From Octopus vulgaris (taxonomy: Eukaryota), in assembly GCA_951406725.2 (NCBI GenBank), contig OX597832.1, positions 36,828,001 to 36,892,000 on the forward strand: a stretch of 64,000 nucleotides of DNA, written 5' to 3'. Position numbers and translations under genes: made by a program. Of the stretch, positions 13,218 through 25,379 are shown piece after piece. The notes beneath the pieces were generated by a model. The model made no database searches. It was not told the DNA's origin and saw nothing but the letters and a program-made list of their open reading frames with translations. Position 1 is the stretch's first letter, and the number at the start of each line of letters is the position of its first letter.

Positions 13218-14162
13218 AGAGAACATAGCTGCTATTTCTGGCAAACCAAAAGGCTTCATTGTCCGAGGTGGAGAGGTTGCAATAAGGGAGAGAACCAGCA
13301 TGGATGTTTCTATTGTAACTGAAGTTTAATATCTCCCATGTTCTGCATTCCAGAATTCAAATTATGTGAAGGTTTACTGTCACTCCTCGTGGTTCAATAA
13401 AAATCAAACGTTTGAGAAAAATTACTAAAAATAGTCAGATGGATTTGAACTGAAATTGTAGATATTTACCAAGAGCTTTACTCCCTGTTGTAAAGCTTTA
13501 ATTGTTATTTCTAAACCTACATCAATAATTCCACCTCCTCCCCCCTCCCCCCATGCACACCCACTTCAGATGGTTTCTGAAATTTTATTCCAGTTTCTTC
13601 CTTTCCCAAATCCTTCTCATTGATTTATTGAGTTAACTTAATGTCATCGTCTTTGCACACATCCACACAATGCGCATTTATGAATAGAGTAATACTTGCA
13701 CATACATATACACACCTATCTATACACTTGGGGTGGGGGACAGACACACGTAACATTTAGTTGTTTATGAAAGAGGATCATCAAAAATCATTTGTTATTT
13801 CTAAGTCGAAGCTATAAAGTCACCGAGTCTTATGAATTTCTCATCAAGCAGAAGGTCAGCTATGCTTGACAATAAAGAGGAAAGAGATTTTTGCTTCACT
13901 CCATTTTTCTTTGTATCCAATATAATATTTTAAGTAAAAATCTTAGAAATTGGTGTCTCGAGAGTAAATACATTGTTTATATTTCAAAATAAGCAAATGG
14001 AATATCACATTTGGTATTATTTGACGTGTGTTTGTGTGTGTTCTTCTTCTTCTTCTTCTTCTTCAAGCGGCCACAATAGAGATGCATTTCACCATATTGT
14101 GCCTGAAATTTCAATCTCCCTTTAATTTGATGCTCCCTCAGTTTCATCTTCTTCCTCCTCCA

Positions 14163-14390
14163 TTAAACCCTTCAGCATTTAAACTGACCATATCCAACCC
14201 AAATACTCTACATATTTTATGTTCAAACTGGCCAGATCTGGTTTCTCACATCAACTCTACAATGTCATTCTAAAAATCAACAATCATCATCATCATCAAA
14301 ATCTCAGAACCACGAGATATGCAGGATTAATTAAAAACAATGTGAATAAATTAGCATCACATTTGACAGAGTAATCTGAATGCTAAAGGG
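14163..14390 (+). mobile_element. MITE family A
   Basis: CCCTTCAGCATTTAAACTGACCAT...ATTTGACAGAGTAATCTGAATGCTAAAGGG. Confidence 0.85.
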
Positions 14391-16699
14391 CCAGGGTGCA
14401 AAATTCTCCAGATTATAACATCTGATATGTTTGGTGTTCAGCATGATGGCAGTGACCACAAAGTCTACCCTGGGACGAGCAACAGTGGTGGAGATAAGTT
14501 GAATGTGGCCATAAATCTCATCGTTAATCTTGTGCTCGTATGTAGACCTGTTTTGAGCCCTCATGAAAAAGTTGTACTATCAAAACTATTCTGAAGCCCT
14601 TCTTCATTGCCCAGCTTTAAACTCCATAAAGAAGAATGCCTTCTACTCTTGCCCTAAAGAAGGCTCACTTTGTTCATTTGGTTATACTTGATTGCCAGAT
14701 GTTTTGAAGCTTGTTACAGTGTTTAGCATAGGTACATCATGTAGTTCTATGTCATAAGAGAAGGCAAAAAAAAGAAAGAAATCAGCTACAAAAAAGTGCA
14801 ACCAGTCCTAAAAACACTGCTCAGAATCTCCTGACCAACCTATAACCAGCAAGGAAAAGCAAACGCAAAATCAATGAAACTGATGATGGTAAATGGAAAT
14901 TTCCAATCTTCTAAAGTCCACAATAATGAAAAAAGACTCTGAATGCAGTATTTGATGTGTGTGTGTGTGTTCAAATGTGATATTCTTCAGCATAAGTAGG
15001 AAGACAGGGACTCTTACTTGGGACCAACTTGGACCATGGCAGTCCATTCAGCTGATGTTAGCATGAAACTCAAATGTATACACACACACACACACACACA
15101 GACATGCTTGTACTTACCTTTAAAGACTTAGTGGTGTTCAATATTCACAATTGAAGATGAGGGAAGCATCCTTTAATCGTGTCAGGGATACAGAATTGTA
15201 GGGTGGTAAATATAGCATTGTGTGTATGTACACACACACATGCAAACATAGACATACACACTCATACAAACATACATACACACAAACAGAGGCGTATATG
15301 CACAAACAAGGCTTTAGACATAATGACTAAAAGAAACTAAAAAAACCCATCTCAAATATCCAAATATAAGACATTTTCTACACACATCTGACATTTTGTG
15401 CATCACCAGCACCACCACTGCTGCTTTCCTGGCATTGCATCAGCACCGTCATCAGCAGCAGCAGCAGCACCAACAACTTCTAGTAACTTCCACTTCTCCA
15501 AGACCCAGTTGTTTCCATAGCTTTAGGCTGGTCTTCACAGGAGTCTTTGTTCCTGGCTTCCAATTGTCACGGTTCATGGTTCATTTAGCAATTTGAAGAT
15601 TAGCATTAAGTTGTAAAATATCTTTTATAAGATGGTTACTCACGCTGCTGGTACTGATGGGTGTGGCAACAGGGTTTGTTAGTTGTTGTGGTTGTGGTTG
15701 TAGTGTCAGGCTTTGTTTATGGTGGTGGTCTTGGTAGGATGTGGCAGAGGTAGTGTGGTGGTGGTAGCGGTGTTGGTAGTTGGAATGTTAGGATATGTTG
15801 CAGTGGTAGTCATAATGGCGTATAGTAGTTGTAGATCCTAATTCTGTTGTTTAGCCATCCCAGGTTTGCCCTGGGGTGGCTGACCTTTAATCAAAAACAT
15901 TCCAGTGCTCCTTCATTCAATCTTTTCAGGACTGCATTATCTAATGCATTTTTCCTTCCCCCCCCCCCAAGTTGGTAAGGTATATATATGGAGAAAGATT
16001 TGGTTGTTATTTCTAGCAACCTTCCTTCTTGGTGGAGTGAATACTATTGTGAGTAGATAGGTGAACAGACAGACAAATAGACGAGCATGAGCACAGATGT
16101 ACATATTTTTGCTCTCACACATGATTACACAATATGTATTTCTGTACACAGGGACAGACACATACAGATATTTATGCATAGGCTCTCTCTCTCACTCCAC
16201 TGCATGTGTCTGTGTATATGTGTGTACATGGCTGCTTGTGCAAAGATTTGTATCTCTGCTTTTACATTGTAGGTTTCTTCTTAATGAAATAATAATAACA
16301 GCTATAATTATGATAATGCTAATTTCTCAGATTCTAGGCCAATTTCTCAGCATGCGAAGGGAGCAAGGAGTAGAGATAATATAGATTATTAAATCGATCA
16401 CAGTTCACAACCATTGGAAGGAATTTGGGAGAAGAGACTGAGAGAGAGAGAGAGAGAGAGAAATAAAGAGATGGTTGAACCAATCTCGATTCACAAGTGA
16501 TTTGTGATTTGATTGGTCTTCAATGAATGAGGAGAAACTAGTGGTTGACTTTGGTAGAATTTAAAGTGAGAAATATGAAATACCAAATTTGATACTGGAA
16601 GATATAAACTTATATCAACCTACCCTTTGTTGCTGTTCCTTTAATGTATATAAATTTGTAGTGAATTTAATCCAGTCTTGGGTATTTATGTCATGTGTA

Positions 16700-17560
16700 T
16701 GTTTACAAATCCTTCTAGGTGAGTAAAAGTAATGGTAGAGTAAGGTAGGCATACGCGAGCTGAAAAACAGGTAAATCAGGTATTTGAGGTAATCAGGTTG
16801 TGTGATGGGATAATTAAGCTGGGTCTAGTTATAGGTGCCTCAGCAGCACCATTTATGTCTGCATACATGCCACAGTCTAGAATTACCGATGAACAGAAGT
16901 AAACTTTCTACAAGACCTTTCTGCAAACTCCCTTAGCCCCTTGGCATTTAAACCAACCCTATCAGGCCCCAATATTCTACATGTTTTATGTTCAGGCAAG
17001 GTAGATCTGGTCTCTCACACTTATCCTACAATGTCATTCTAAAATCAAACAATCACATTATCAAACCTGAAAGCTACAAGATAATACATAATTAATTTAA
17101 AACAATGTGAATAAATAAGCTTAACAATTGATTATGATTTGAATGCTAAAGAGTTAATGATGATGGACAGCATCTTTGTTATTGTATGTGGTGAAATGAA
17201 TGGATGTGTGGTAGCTGTGGAGCCTGAGACTATTTTGCAAGAGTGGAGGGTGTAAGGCTTCTTGAGTCCTGTGATTCAACTAATCCTAACAATTTGCAAC
17301 AACACATAAAGAAACCAGCCAACCATCTCATCACCTACAAATCTGGCTACAAACATGTCAAATAGATTTCATTCACACCAGGAAACAGAATAGACAGGCC
17401 ATTGTAAATACCAAAACATTTCCTAGTAAAAATATGCCATACCATCATAGATTTATGGCTAGACAGACTGAGAACTAGATGGTATGTTGATGGCCAAAAT
17501 CAAATACAATAAAAGCAGTTAAATCTATCAAATTGTGGAATCCAGGTTTTAGTCCATGAT
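16700..17560 (+). mobile_element. Old RTE-clade LINE endonuclease-domain remnant, split by a MITE
   Basis: Piecewise translation: EKQVNQVFEVIRLCDGIIKLGLVIG...MSAYMPQS...EQK.TFY, then G.MNGCV, EGVRLLESCDSTN, KKPANHLITYKSG, QIDFIHTRKQ: APE-type endonuclease motifs. Confidence 0.75.
16933..17157 (+). mobile_element. MITE family A nested in the RTE endonuclease remnant
   Basis: TTAGCCCCTTGGCATTTAAAC...GAATGCTAAAGAGTTAA; endonuclease homology resumes on both sides. Confidence 0.85.
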
Positions 17561-17914
17561 GGAAATGTGTATTAAAATTCTTCTTTTTCAATACAGTTTT
17601 CCAGGATTGAACCTCTTGCTAAGAATCATATTTCTGGTAGTGTTTATTGATATCACAATCTCTTCTGTGTAGATTTTCCTTTTTAGGTTTATATTTGTTT
17701 TGCATTTATATGTGTGATTCATTTATAAGATTAGGTATATTCTATTCATCTTACACTCAGCACAATGCTTTAGTATTAATTTGTCTTTATTTTATCTGGG
17801 TTCAGTAATTAAGTATTATATTATATTGCAACTGCCTGGCATTCATGGCTTTTATATAAATTAAGACAAACCACAGAAGGCCACAGTTGATGACCATAAA
17901 GCCTGCATGAAACC

Positions 17915-18139
17915 TTGACCCTTGGGCATTCGGATTATTCTGTCAAATGTAAAACTTATTTATTCACATTGTTTTGTATTAATCATACATTATTTCATAC
18001 CTTTGAGATTGTAATACGATTGCTTGTTTTTAGAATGACATTGTAGGGTAGGTGTGAGAAGCCTGGCCTGTCCAGTTTAAACATAAAATAGGTAGAATAT
18101 TTTGGCCAGATATGGCTGATTTAAAGGTTAATGGGTTAA
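17915..18139 (-). mobile_element. MITE family A, reverse orientation
   Basis: CCCTTGGGCATTCGGATTATTCTGTCAAATG...TTTTTAGAATGACATTGTAG...GGGTTAA is the reverse complement of family A. Confidence 0.85.
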
Positions 18140-18999
18140 GGCCACACGTTCCCCAATATATTTTTAGAAATGAAAGTTTCATCTTTGAAATTCCTTTTGT
18201 CTGCTATTTGATGGGTAAAACCAAAGATAAAATTAACTATAATCAGCCTACAAGTTACAGCAATAACACTTTACATATGAAAGCAATTTATAGATATCTT
18301 GTAGCCAGCAAATTGACTTGTGCTGTCTGTTGTAGTACTTTACACTCCCAGTTCAAATCCCACCAAATTCTGTTTTACCTTTTATCTTTTTAGAGTTGAT
18401 AAAATACCAGCCTAAGGTGGTAGGTGGGCATTGGACAAGATGCCTTAAATTCTTATTAGGTTTTCATGTTCCAGTAACATCGACAGTCTATGAAATAGCA
18501 TTTACTGAAATACCTACTTCTAACAATAAACTTTAAAATATATTTTCCCTAGAATTTTCTTATTTGCAAATCTCTGAAGAAATTGTTCAAAAATCAAAGA
18601 CTCAATTTAAAAACTGAATAGTCTAAATTAACAAAAATATGTAAAAACTTATAATTTCAGAGTACAATCCTTCCAATTTTCCTACCCAATGGCAGTTGTT
18701 ATCATTTAGAAAAAGCACAGCTTGAAAGAATTCTGATAAAAATATCCAAATAAATTTTGATATGTTTTGTAGTATCAACTGAAATAGTTGACATCAAATA
18801 CAGTAGGAACTGGAGTTTTTTGTTGACCTAGCACATGGTTTTCTTTTGAATATTGTTTAGGATGTTGCAGATTGAATTTCCAAATTATGTACCCTTTTGT
18901 TTTTTCTCAACAGTTCCTGGTTTACTCAGCTTTTAAAATCTCTGTTTTATAAAAGCATAAAAACAAAGATATAATGATATATAGAAAAAGGAAATGGAA

Positions 19000-19650
19000 T
19001 TAGATTACAGCATTTCCTTTCTCAAGTTAAAGTCAATTAACTTCAGTTGAGAATTGAAACCAGCTTGCCTGTCTTGATTTACTACCAGCTTAGCACTGGC
19101 TCAACAGTATTCATCATTCTTTTTCTGTAATATTATCTCAGAAAATTATTTTTCAAAATTCATCTGTTCAGATTCCATCATCTTATTAATGGCAACACTC
19201 ATCCACAGCTTACGTTATTTCCATGTTACAAAAACATTGATTTTAAGTTTAATAGTATAGAAAGGTCTTCCTGTGTAGTAGTAACCTAATAAAAGATGAT
19301 TTCTTCTCGGAAGATTTTTGCAAAATACATAATATACATTGAAATGGATTTATAAATGTTAAGATTAAGAAGTCTGTCTGTGTAAAACTCTTTATGAAGT
19401 ATATGTCAAGTGGATAGCATCAATAAATCAGACTGTACTCAACCTGAAGTATAAGTATCCTTCTGTGTTCGAAGCAAGGAGGTTGGCATTGTAAAGAGCA
19501 TCCAACTGGAAAGATTGTTTCATGCAAAAGTTTCTACAGCAGTCGATACCAGAAGACAAATTCCGGTGATAAAAACACGGTGCTGTATGGTTAGAGCAAT
19601 ACGATAAAACCTGCCTTAACATGTTTATCCGGTTTTTGTGAATCGTCTAA
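19000..19650 (-). mobile_element. Possible decayed DNA-transposase remnant
   Basis: Non-microsatellite AT-rich block; the minus strand near 19170-19240 gives HGN...INKMME, reminiscent of the HG.A.VERGFS.NK C-terminal motif of some DDE transposases. Weak. Confidence 0.25.
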
Positions 19651-20914
19651 TATTATATTGCAAAAAATTTTTAACAATCTCTTAATATAATTTCTTTCTT
19701 TCAGTGGAAAGAATTTCCATATAATTGCAAGTCTCCATGTACAAGAAATCCCTGATTCTTCTTCAGTCTTCTTTTCCTGATAGGTTCCTCTTTCTCTCAG
19801 TAATTTGCCTGCATATGAGAATTAGTTTGATGGGTGGGGACAGGTTTGTGTGTTTGTGTCCCACATCATTGCAGAACTAGCTTCCAGAATCTTAATTTGT
19901 ATATATTTGTGTGTGTGTGTGTGTAATTCTATTTATATGTATTCACAGGTATATATATTTAGGCAAGCATCTCTCTATTTATCTATCTATTTATCTACAC
20001 ACATACACATGTATGTATATCTAAGAAAGAGTTAACCAACAAATGAGATGTGGTCCCCTAACCCATCTTGCAGAGTCTTAACTCACCAAAGAAGTGACTC
20101 AGATCACGACAACCTGTTCCGTCTAAGCTAGCATGAAGTGCAGATGCAAAATGGTTATGGTGGTGGTGGTGGTGGTGGTGGTGGTGGTGGTGATGATGAT
20201 GGGAAATTGGTAAATTCAAGATTAGTGGTGGGGAAGAGATTAAATTCTCTGTGAAAGAGTGGCAGCAGCAGCAGGGGCAGTAGTGTGTTAAACCTGTAGA
20301 CGTAATGGGTTTTCTGCCTTCACTGACTCTCGTTATCCCAAAGCTTGTGAATGTATGCATTAATATTTTGGTACATGTGTAGATAGAACACAGAAACATA
20401 GACACACACACAGTACATTCATACACACATACATACACACACATTCACATGGATACACACATGTACTCACATACACACACATGTATTGTGTATGCGTAGT
20501 TTATATGCAGATGTAACAATTCATACACGTAGGGAACTTTGGCAACAATTTACGTAGGTTGGAAATTTTTTTAAAAAAAAGCTGTGTGACAGGCAATTAA
20601 TGGGAAAATGAAAGGAAAAGTAGAAGGTCTGATATGGCAGAGAATGGTGTTTCCTACATGCAAGTTGTACAGGCAAAAGTTTGTATTTTTGGACAGTTGC
20701 CATTTCTTGCAATGTTTTCATTACATTCTGGCAATACAAATGCAAATTTACCATCTTTATGCCACAAGTTCTCTAACTCCACTTAAAGGAAGTTCCTGGT
20801 GAGGAATTAACAGACATGGCAGGGGTGAATTAAAAGATTCAGTCCCTTGTGATGCAATAAGGATTTCTAACATAAAATCAATTTCATAAACATTGCCGGA
20901 GGAACAGAATTTAT

Positions 20915-21185
20915 CAACCAAACACCAGTATTTCACTGGTACTTGTTCTATTTATAGCCTGGAAGGATAACAGGCAAAGTCAAACATGGCAGTAGTTGAA
21001 TTCTGGATATGGAGGGAAAAATAACTAAATTGTGATTTCCAATTTTAGCACTACGCTAGCAATTTGGGGGGAATGGGCAGGTAAGTTGATTAAATCAACT
21101 CCAGTACTCAACTGGTATTTATTTTATTGACCCCAAAAGGAATTTGAACTCAAAGCCTAGAGATGGACAAAATTCCCTTAAGCAA
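20915..21185 (-). mobile_element. S1 SINE fragments, reverse orientation
   Basis: ACTGGTACTT..., CCAGTACTCAACTGGTATTTATTTTATTGACCCC...ATTTGAACTC are reverse complements of S1 blocks. Confidence 0.7.
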
Positions 21186-21463
21186 ATTTGTCCAACCCAT
21201 GCAAGCATGGAAAAGCAGATGGTTAAATGGTGATTATGATAGTAAATCTTGATACTCATGTAATTCTTCTCCATCAGCCTGGCTCGCTAATGATTCTGCC
21301 AGTTGCAGCTTTCTGAATCTCATGCACTGCAAAATAATTACCTTGAAATTTTTTTATTATTGTGGCCCACCTAATTATGAACCATGTCTCATGTAGCCTA
21401 CTCCTCCAAGAAGATTGCTTATGCCTGATCTAGTGCTTTACCAATTCTGACACACACATATAT

Positions 21464-21635
21464 TGGTGCAGGCTGGTTGTATGGTTGACAAAATGGCTTC
21501 CCAACCACACAGTTCTAGGTTACCGGTTCAGTTCCACTCCACGGCACCCTTGGACGAATGTCCTCCATCATGGCTGCTCTGAACCGACCAAAGCTTTACG
21601 AGTCGATTTGGTAGACAGAAACTGAAAGAAGCTTG
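21464..21635 (+). mobile_element. S2 tRNA-derived SINE, 5' part
   Basis: A-box-like GGTTGTATGGTTGA, B-box-like GGTTCAGTTCC, then GCACCCTTGGACGAATGTC...GATTTGGTAGACAGAAACTGAAAGAAGC. Confidence 0.8.
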
Positions 21636-21645
21636 TGTGTGTGTA

Positions 21646-21689
<44 letters not shown>

Positions 21690-22207
21690 TATATATATAT
21701 ACTTTTTTTTTTCTTTAGGGGAATTGTATATCCACCAATGCGGTGTTGAGCACTCATTTCATCATTTGACATTTACATATATACACACACACACAAACAT
21801 ACACGTTTGTGTGTGTGTGTGTGTGTGTGTGACTTAGTGTCACCCTTATACAAGTGATGTCTATTGTTTCTTGTATTCCATGAAAGAATGTCCAGCCATT
21901 GGGGAATATTACTTTACTTAGTAACAAGTGAGAGTGGATGACAAGAAGGATATTAGACTATGGAAAAATCTGCTTTAACAAATCCCATCCAACACATGCA
22001 AGCATGGAAAAACAGATTATGTTAAATGATGATTGTGATGGTGTATGTCAGTATTCTTGTAATTATTGTCCATCAGTCAACAACATGGTGTTATGGAACT
22101 GAGTGTGTGCCTAGAGAAAATATGCTTGTTTAAATATTGATAAATAACCTTCAGCTAATATCATCAATGGATTAAGAAGGACAGGTGAAAGAATTTTGAG
22201 TAATTGC

Positions 22208-22590
22208 TAGTGTGGCTGTGTGGTAAGAAGCTTGCTTCCCAACCACATGGTTTTAGGTTCAGTCCCAATGTGCAGCACCATGTGCAAGTGTCTTTTACTA
22301 TAGGCTGAGGCCAACTAAAGCCTTGTGGATGGATTTGGTAGACAGAAACTGAAAGAAGTCCATCATGTTTGTGTGTATGTGTTTGCCCCCAACACCACCA
22401 ATTGATATCTAGTGTTGGTGTGTTTATGTCCCTGTAACTTAGCAGTTTGGCAAAAGAAACTGATGGTAACAAGTACTAGGCTTAAAAACCTAAAAGAAGT
22501 ACTGGGGGCCAATTCCTTTGACTAACGAATCTTCAAGGCAGTGCCCCAGCATGGCTGCAGTCTCATGACTGAAACAAGTAAAAGATAAAA
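22208..22590 (+). mobile_element. Near full-length S2 SINE
   Basis: GTGGCTGTGTGGTAAGAAG (A box), GGTTCAGTCCC (B box), CORE-like GCACCATGTGCAAGTGTCTT, and 3' end CCCCAGCATGGCTGCAGTC...GACTGAAACAAGTAAAAGATAAAA. Confidence 0.85.
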
Positions 22591-22599
22591 AATAATTGG

Positions 22600-22644
<45 letters not shown>

Positions 22645-23367
22645 GATTTCAGGATGGTCATTTTCTTTTTGCCAAATAAACACATGCACTATATATTTTT
22701 CTTCATTCATTTATTACTGTTCTTATTTTATATAAGAACAGTACATACATATATATATATGTTTAAGAAGGTTTGAAGGTTATATATATATATATATATA
22801 TATATGCATACATACACAATCACTAATATATTAAAACAAAACTGTTTCCACATGCACACTTCTCTCCTAGGAAAATTCCATTAATCTTAACCAAAGCAAA
22901 GAAATTCCTTGGATGAGGGTCTCAGTGTTTATATTCAAACCAAATCCTTAAATAATAGTGAAGCTAATTATGACAATAACTGTAATGATGAAAATAATTG
23001 TCATAATTAGTAACGATTGGATTATTGTTGTTCTGTCATTTCCTATGTTTTTGAAAATTCTTTTCTAACTCCAGTAATCCTTGTATTCATTGGATTTGTG
23101 GGTTCCCATAGCGACATTCTTCCTCAGCATTCTACTGTTCCAAGAAATGTTACCGTTCCACAATGATTCTTGTACTTGTTGTCTCCAACAGAGTTTTAAG
23201 AGCGTATATGACACCGTGTGTCTCTTTACCTAGATTGTTCCTTCTCTTTCTTCTTCTCCCTCCTTCTCTCTCTCATTTCCCCCTCTCCCTCTCTCTCTTT
23301 CTCTCCCCCCCCTCTCTCACTCTCTAAGAAATATTGATTATTTGGTTTTGTAGATATGCAGGCATAC

Positions 23368-23686
23368 ATACTCATGAATACACACGATGTGTGTGTGTAT
23401 GTGTGTATATGTGTGTGTGTGTGTATATTGCGTGTGTGTATATGTATATATGCATGTGTATATATGTATATATGTGTGTGTATATATGTATATGTGTGTG
23501 TACGTATATATATATATATGTATATACGTATATGTGTGTGTATGTATATATATATATATATATATATGAATATGTGTGTATATATACATCTGTGTGGAGG
23601 TGCAATGGCCCAGTGGTTAGGGCAGCAGACTCGCAGTTGTAGGATTGTGGTTATATATATATATATTTAAAAACATATATATATAT

Positions 23687-23719
<33 letters not shown>

Positions 23720-23960
23720 AACATATGTATGTAAGCATATATATACATATATGTATGTATAAATATTTTTGTAGAAAAAGGAAATAGTAGTCTTTTAGCT
23801 GCTATTTCTAAAATTTTCGGTGTGTGGTCAAGCAACTTGTTGCAAAGACCTTTTTTGTTATAATTATATGTATGTATGTATATATATGTGTGTGTGTATA
23901 TATATATATATATAAATGTATATGTAAGCATGCATACATATATATTATTTTATTCTTTTA
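23368..23960. repeat. Compound (TG)/(TA) microsatellite field containing a 5' stub of SINE S3 at 23593-23652
   Basis: Directly visible; stub TGCAATGGCCCAGTGGTTAGGGCAGCAGACTCG matches 41852. Confidence 0.9.
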
Positions 23961-24345
23961 CTTGTTTCAGTCATTTGAATGTGGCCATACTGGAGTGCCA
24001 CCTTTTACAGTCAAATAAATCGACCCTAAGTCTTATTCTTTTTAAGCTCTATATACTTATATATATATATATACTTTATATGTATGTATGTAAGCATGTA
24101 TACATATATATAGTTATATATATTTGTTTAATGAGAGAGACAGAAGGTGGAAGATAGAAGAATTTTTATTAATCACTACAATTGTTTTGCCCCATTTAGC
24201 ATTGATCCCTCATGGGTGGAGTACTTAATTAATTTAGAAGTATCTCTCATTAATCAAGTACCTAACACACAATGTGAAACTGAGCGTGCTTTATTGATAA
24301 GCTACCAGGTGTTTAGCATATGATTTATTATCTAATAATATATAT

Positions 24346-24482
24346 CATCATCATCATCGTTTAACGTCCGCTTTCCATGCTAGCATGGTTTGGTTCAACT
24401 GGGGTCTGGGAAGCCAGAAGGCTGCACCAGGCCCAGTCTGATCTGGCAGTGTTCCTACAGCTGGATGCCCTTCCTAACGCCA
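24346..24482 (-). mobile_element. RTE LINE 3' tail
   Basis: (CAT)n-CGTTTAACGTCCGCTTTCCATGCTAGCATGG...GGATGCCCTTCCTAACGCC, the reverse complement of 56427-56570. Confidence 0.9.
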
Positions 24483-24514
24483 CACACACACACACACATA
24501 TATGCTCAAGTAGC

Positions 24515-25366
24515 AGGAAATTCCTACGGGACAGCTTGCTGAGTGCCACAGACCAAGTCTGTGGATGGTACAAAGTCCCTTCCAGACCTAGAGTTACGTG
24601 GTGGTGGAATTGAACGGTAGGCAAAGCCGTTAGGGCAAAGAAACAGGCCTGGAAAGCCAGGAAGGATGGTGGTAGCATGGAACGGTACCAGGTAGCTAGA
24701 AGGGAGGCTGGGCGGCAGGTATACATAGCCAAGAGTGAAGCGGAAAAGAAGTTTGCCAATGTCCAGAGACGTGAGGACTAAAGAACTGAGGTATTTCGGA
24801 TTGCAAGATATTGTGCGAGAGAAAATTGTGATGTCACAGGAGAGAAATGTGTTCGAATGGATGATGGTGCACTTGCTTTTAGTGATTCTGAAAAGAAAGA
24901 GGCTTGGAGAAGCCATTATGAAAGACTGCTGAATGTGGGAGAATGAATGGGAGGAGGAGAGTCTGCCAAATGTTGACCCAGTAGAGGAACCAGCTATCCC
25001 AATAGACAGCTCCCTAGTAGATAAAGTAATTAAGGGTATGAAGCCAGGAAAAGCCCCTGGCCCATCAGGAATCACTGTTGAGATGCTTAAAGCATCTGGT
25101 GGTGTGGGCTATGGCTTAGTCACCCGCATTGTAAACCAGGTAATACATAATGGAGTCATACCCAATGACTGGTGTAGCAGCATCATAGTCAACTGCTACA
25201 AGGGTAAAGGTGATGCTCTAGATAGGAATAACTACAGGGGTATTAAACTGTTGGATCAGGTGATGAAGGTCACAGAGAGGGTCATAGTCTAACTCATTAG
25301 GGAGAGAGTCTGCTTAGATGAGATGCAGTTTGGTTTTGTTCTGGGTAGAAGCACCACTGATGCCAT
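24515..25366 (+). pseudogene. RTE-clade LINE ORF fragment (EN-RT linker and start of reverse transcriptase)
   Basis: KFLRDSLLSATDQVCGW...TWWWN...AWRSHYERLLN...MKPGKAPGPSGITVEMLK...IPNDWCSSIIVNCYKGKGDALDRNNYRGIKLLDQVMKVTERVI...EMQFGFVLGRSTTDAI; a few stops and one frameshift. Confidence 0.95.
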
Positions 25367-25379
25367 TAATTGAATAGTT

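Noticed and set aside
20140-20200. Poly-His ORF (20058-20444) and poly-Gln-like stretch at 15430-15480
   Set aside because: (GGT)n/(GAT)n and (CAG)n simple repeats with no coding context or splice signals.
23334-24157. Numerous 60-104 aa ORFs rich in C/V/Y/I/H/T (likewise 6612-6873, 29137-29373, 43573-43971, 58096-58495, 59840-60361)
   Set aside because: Translations of TA/TG/CA/CT/ATT microsatellites, which lack stops in some frames.
24524-25075. 183-aa minus-strand ORF, the longest in the track
   Set aside because: Antisense shadow of the plus-strand RTE ORF fragment.
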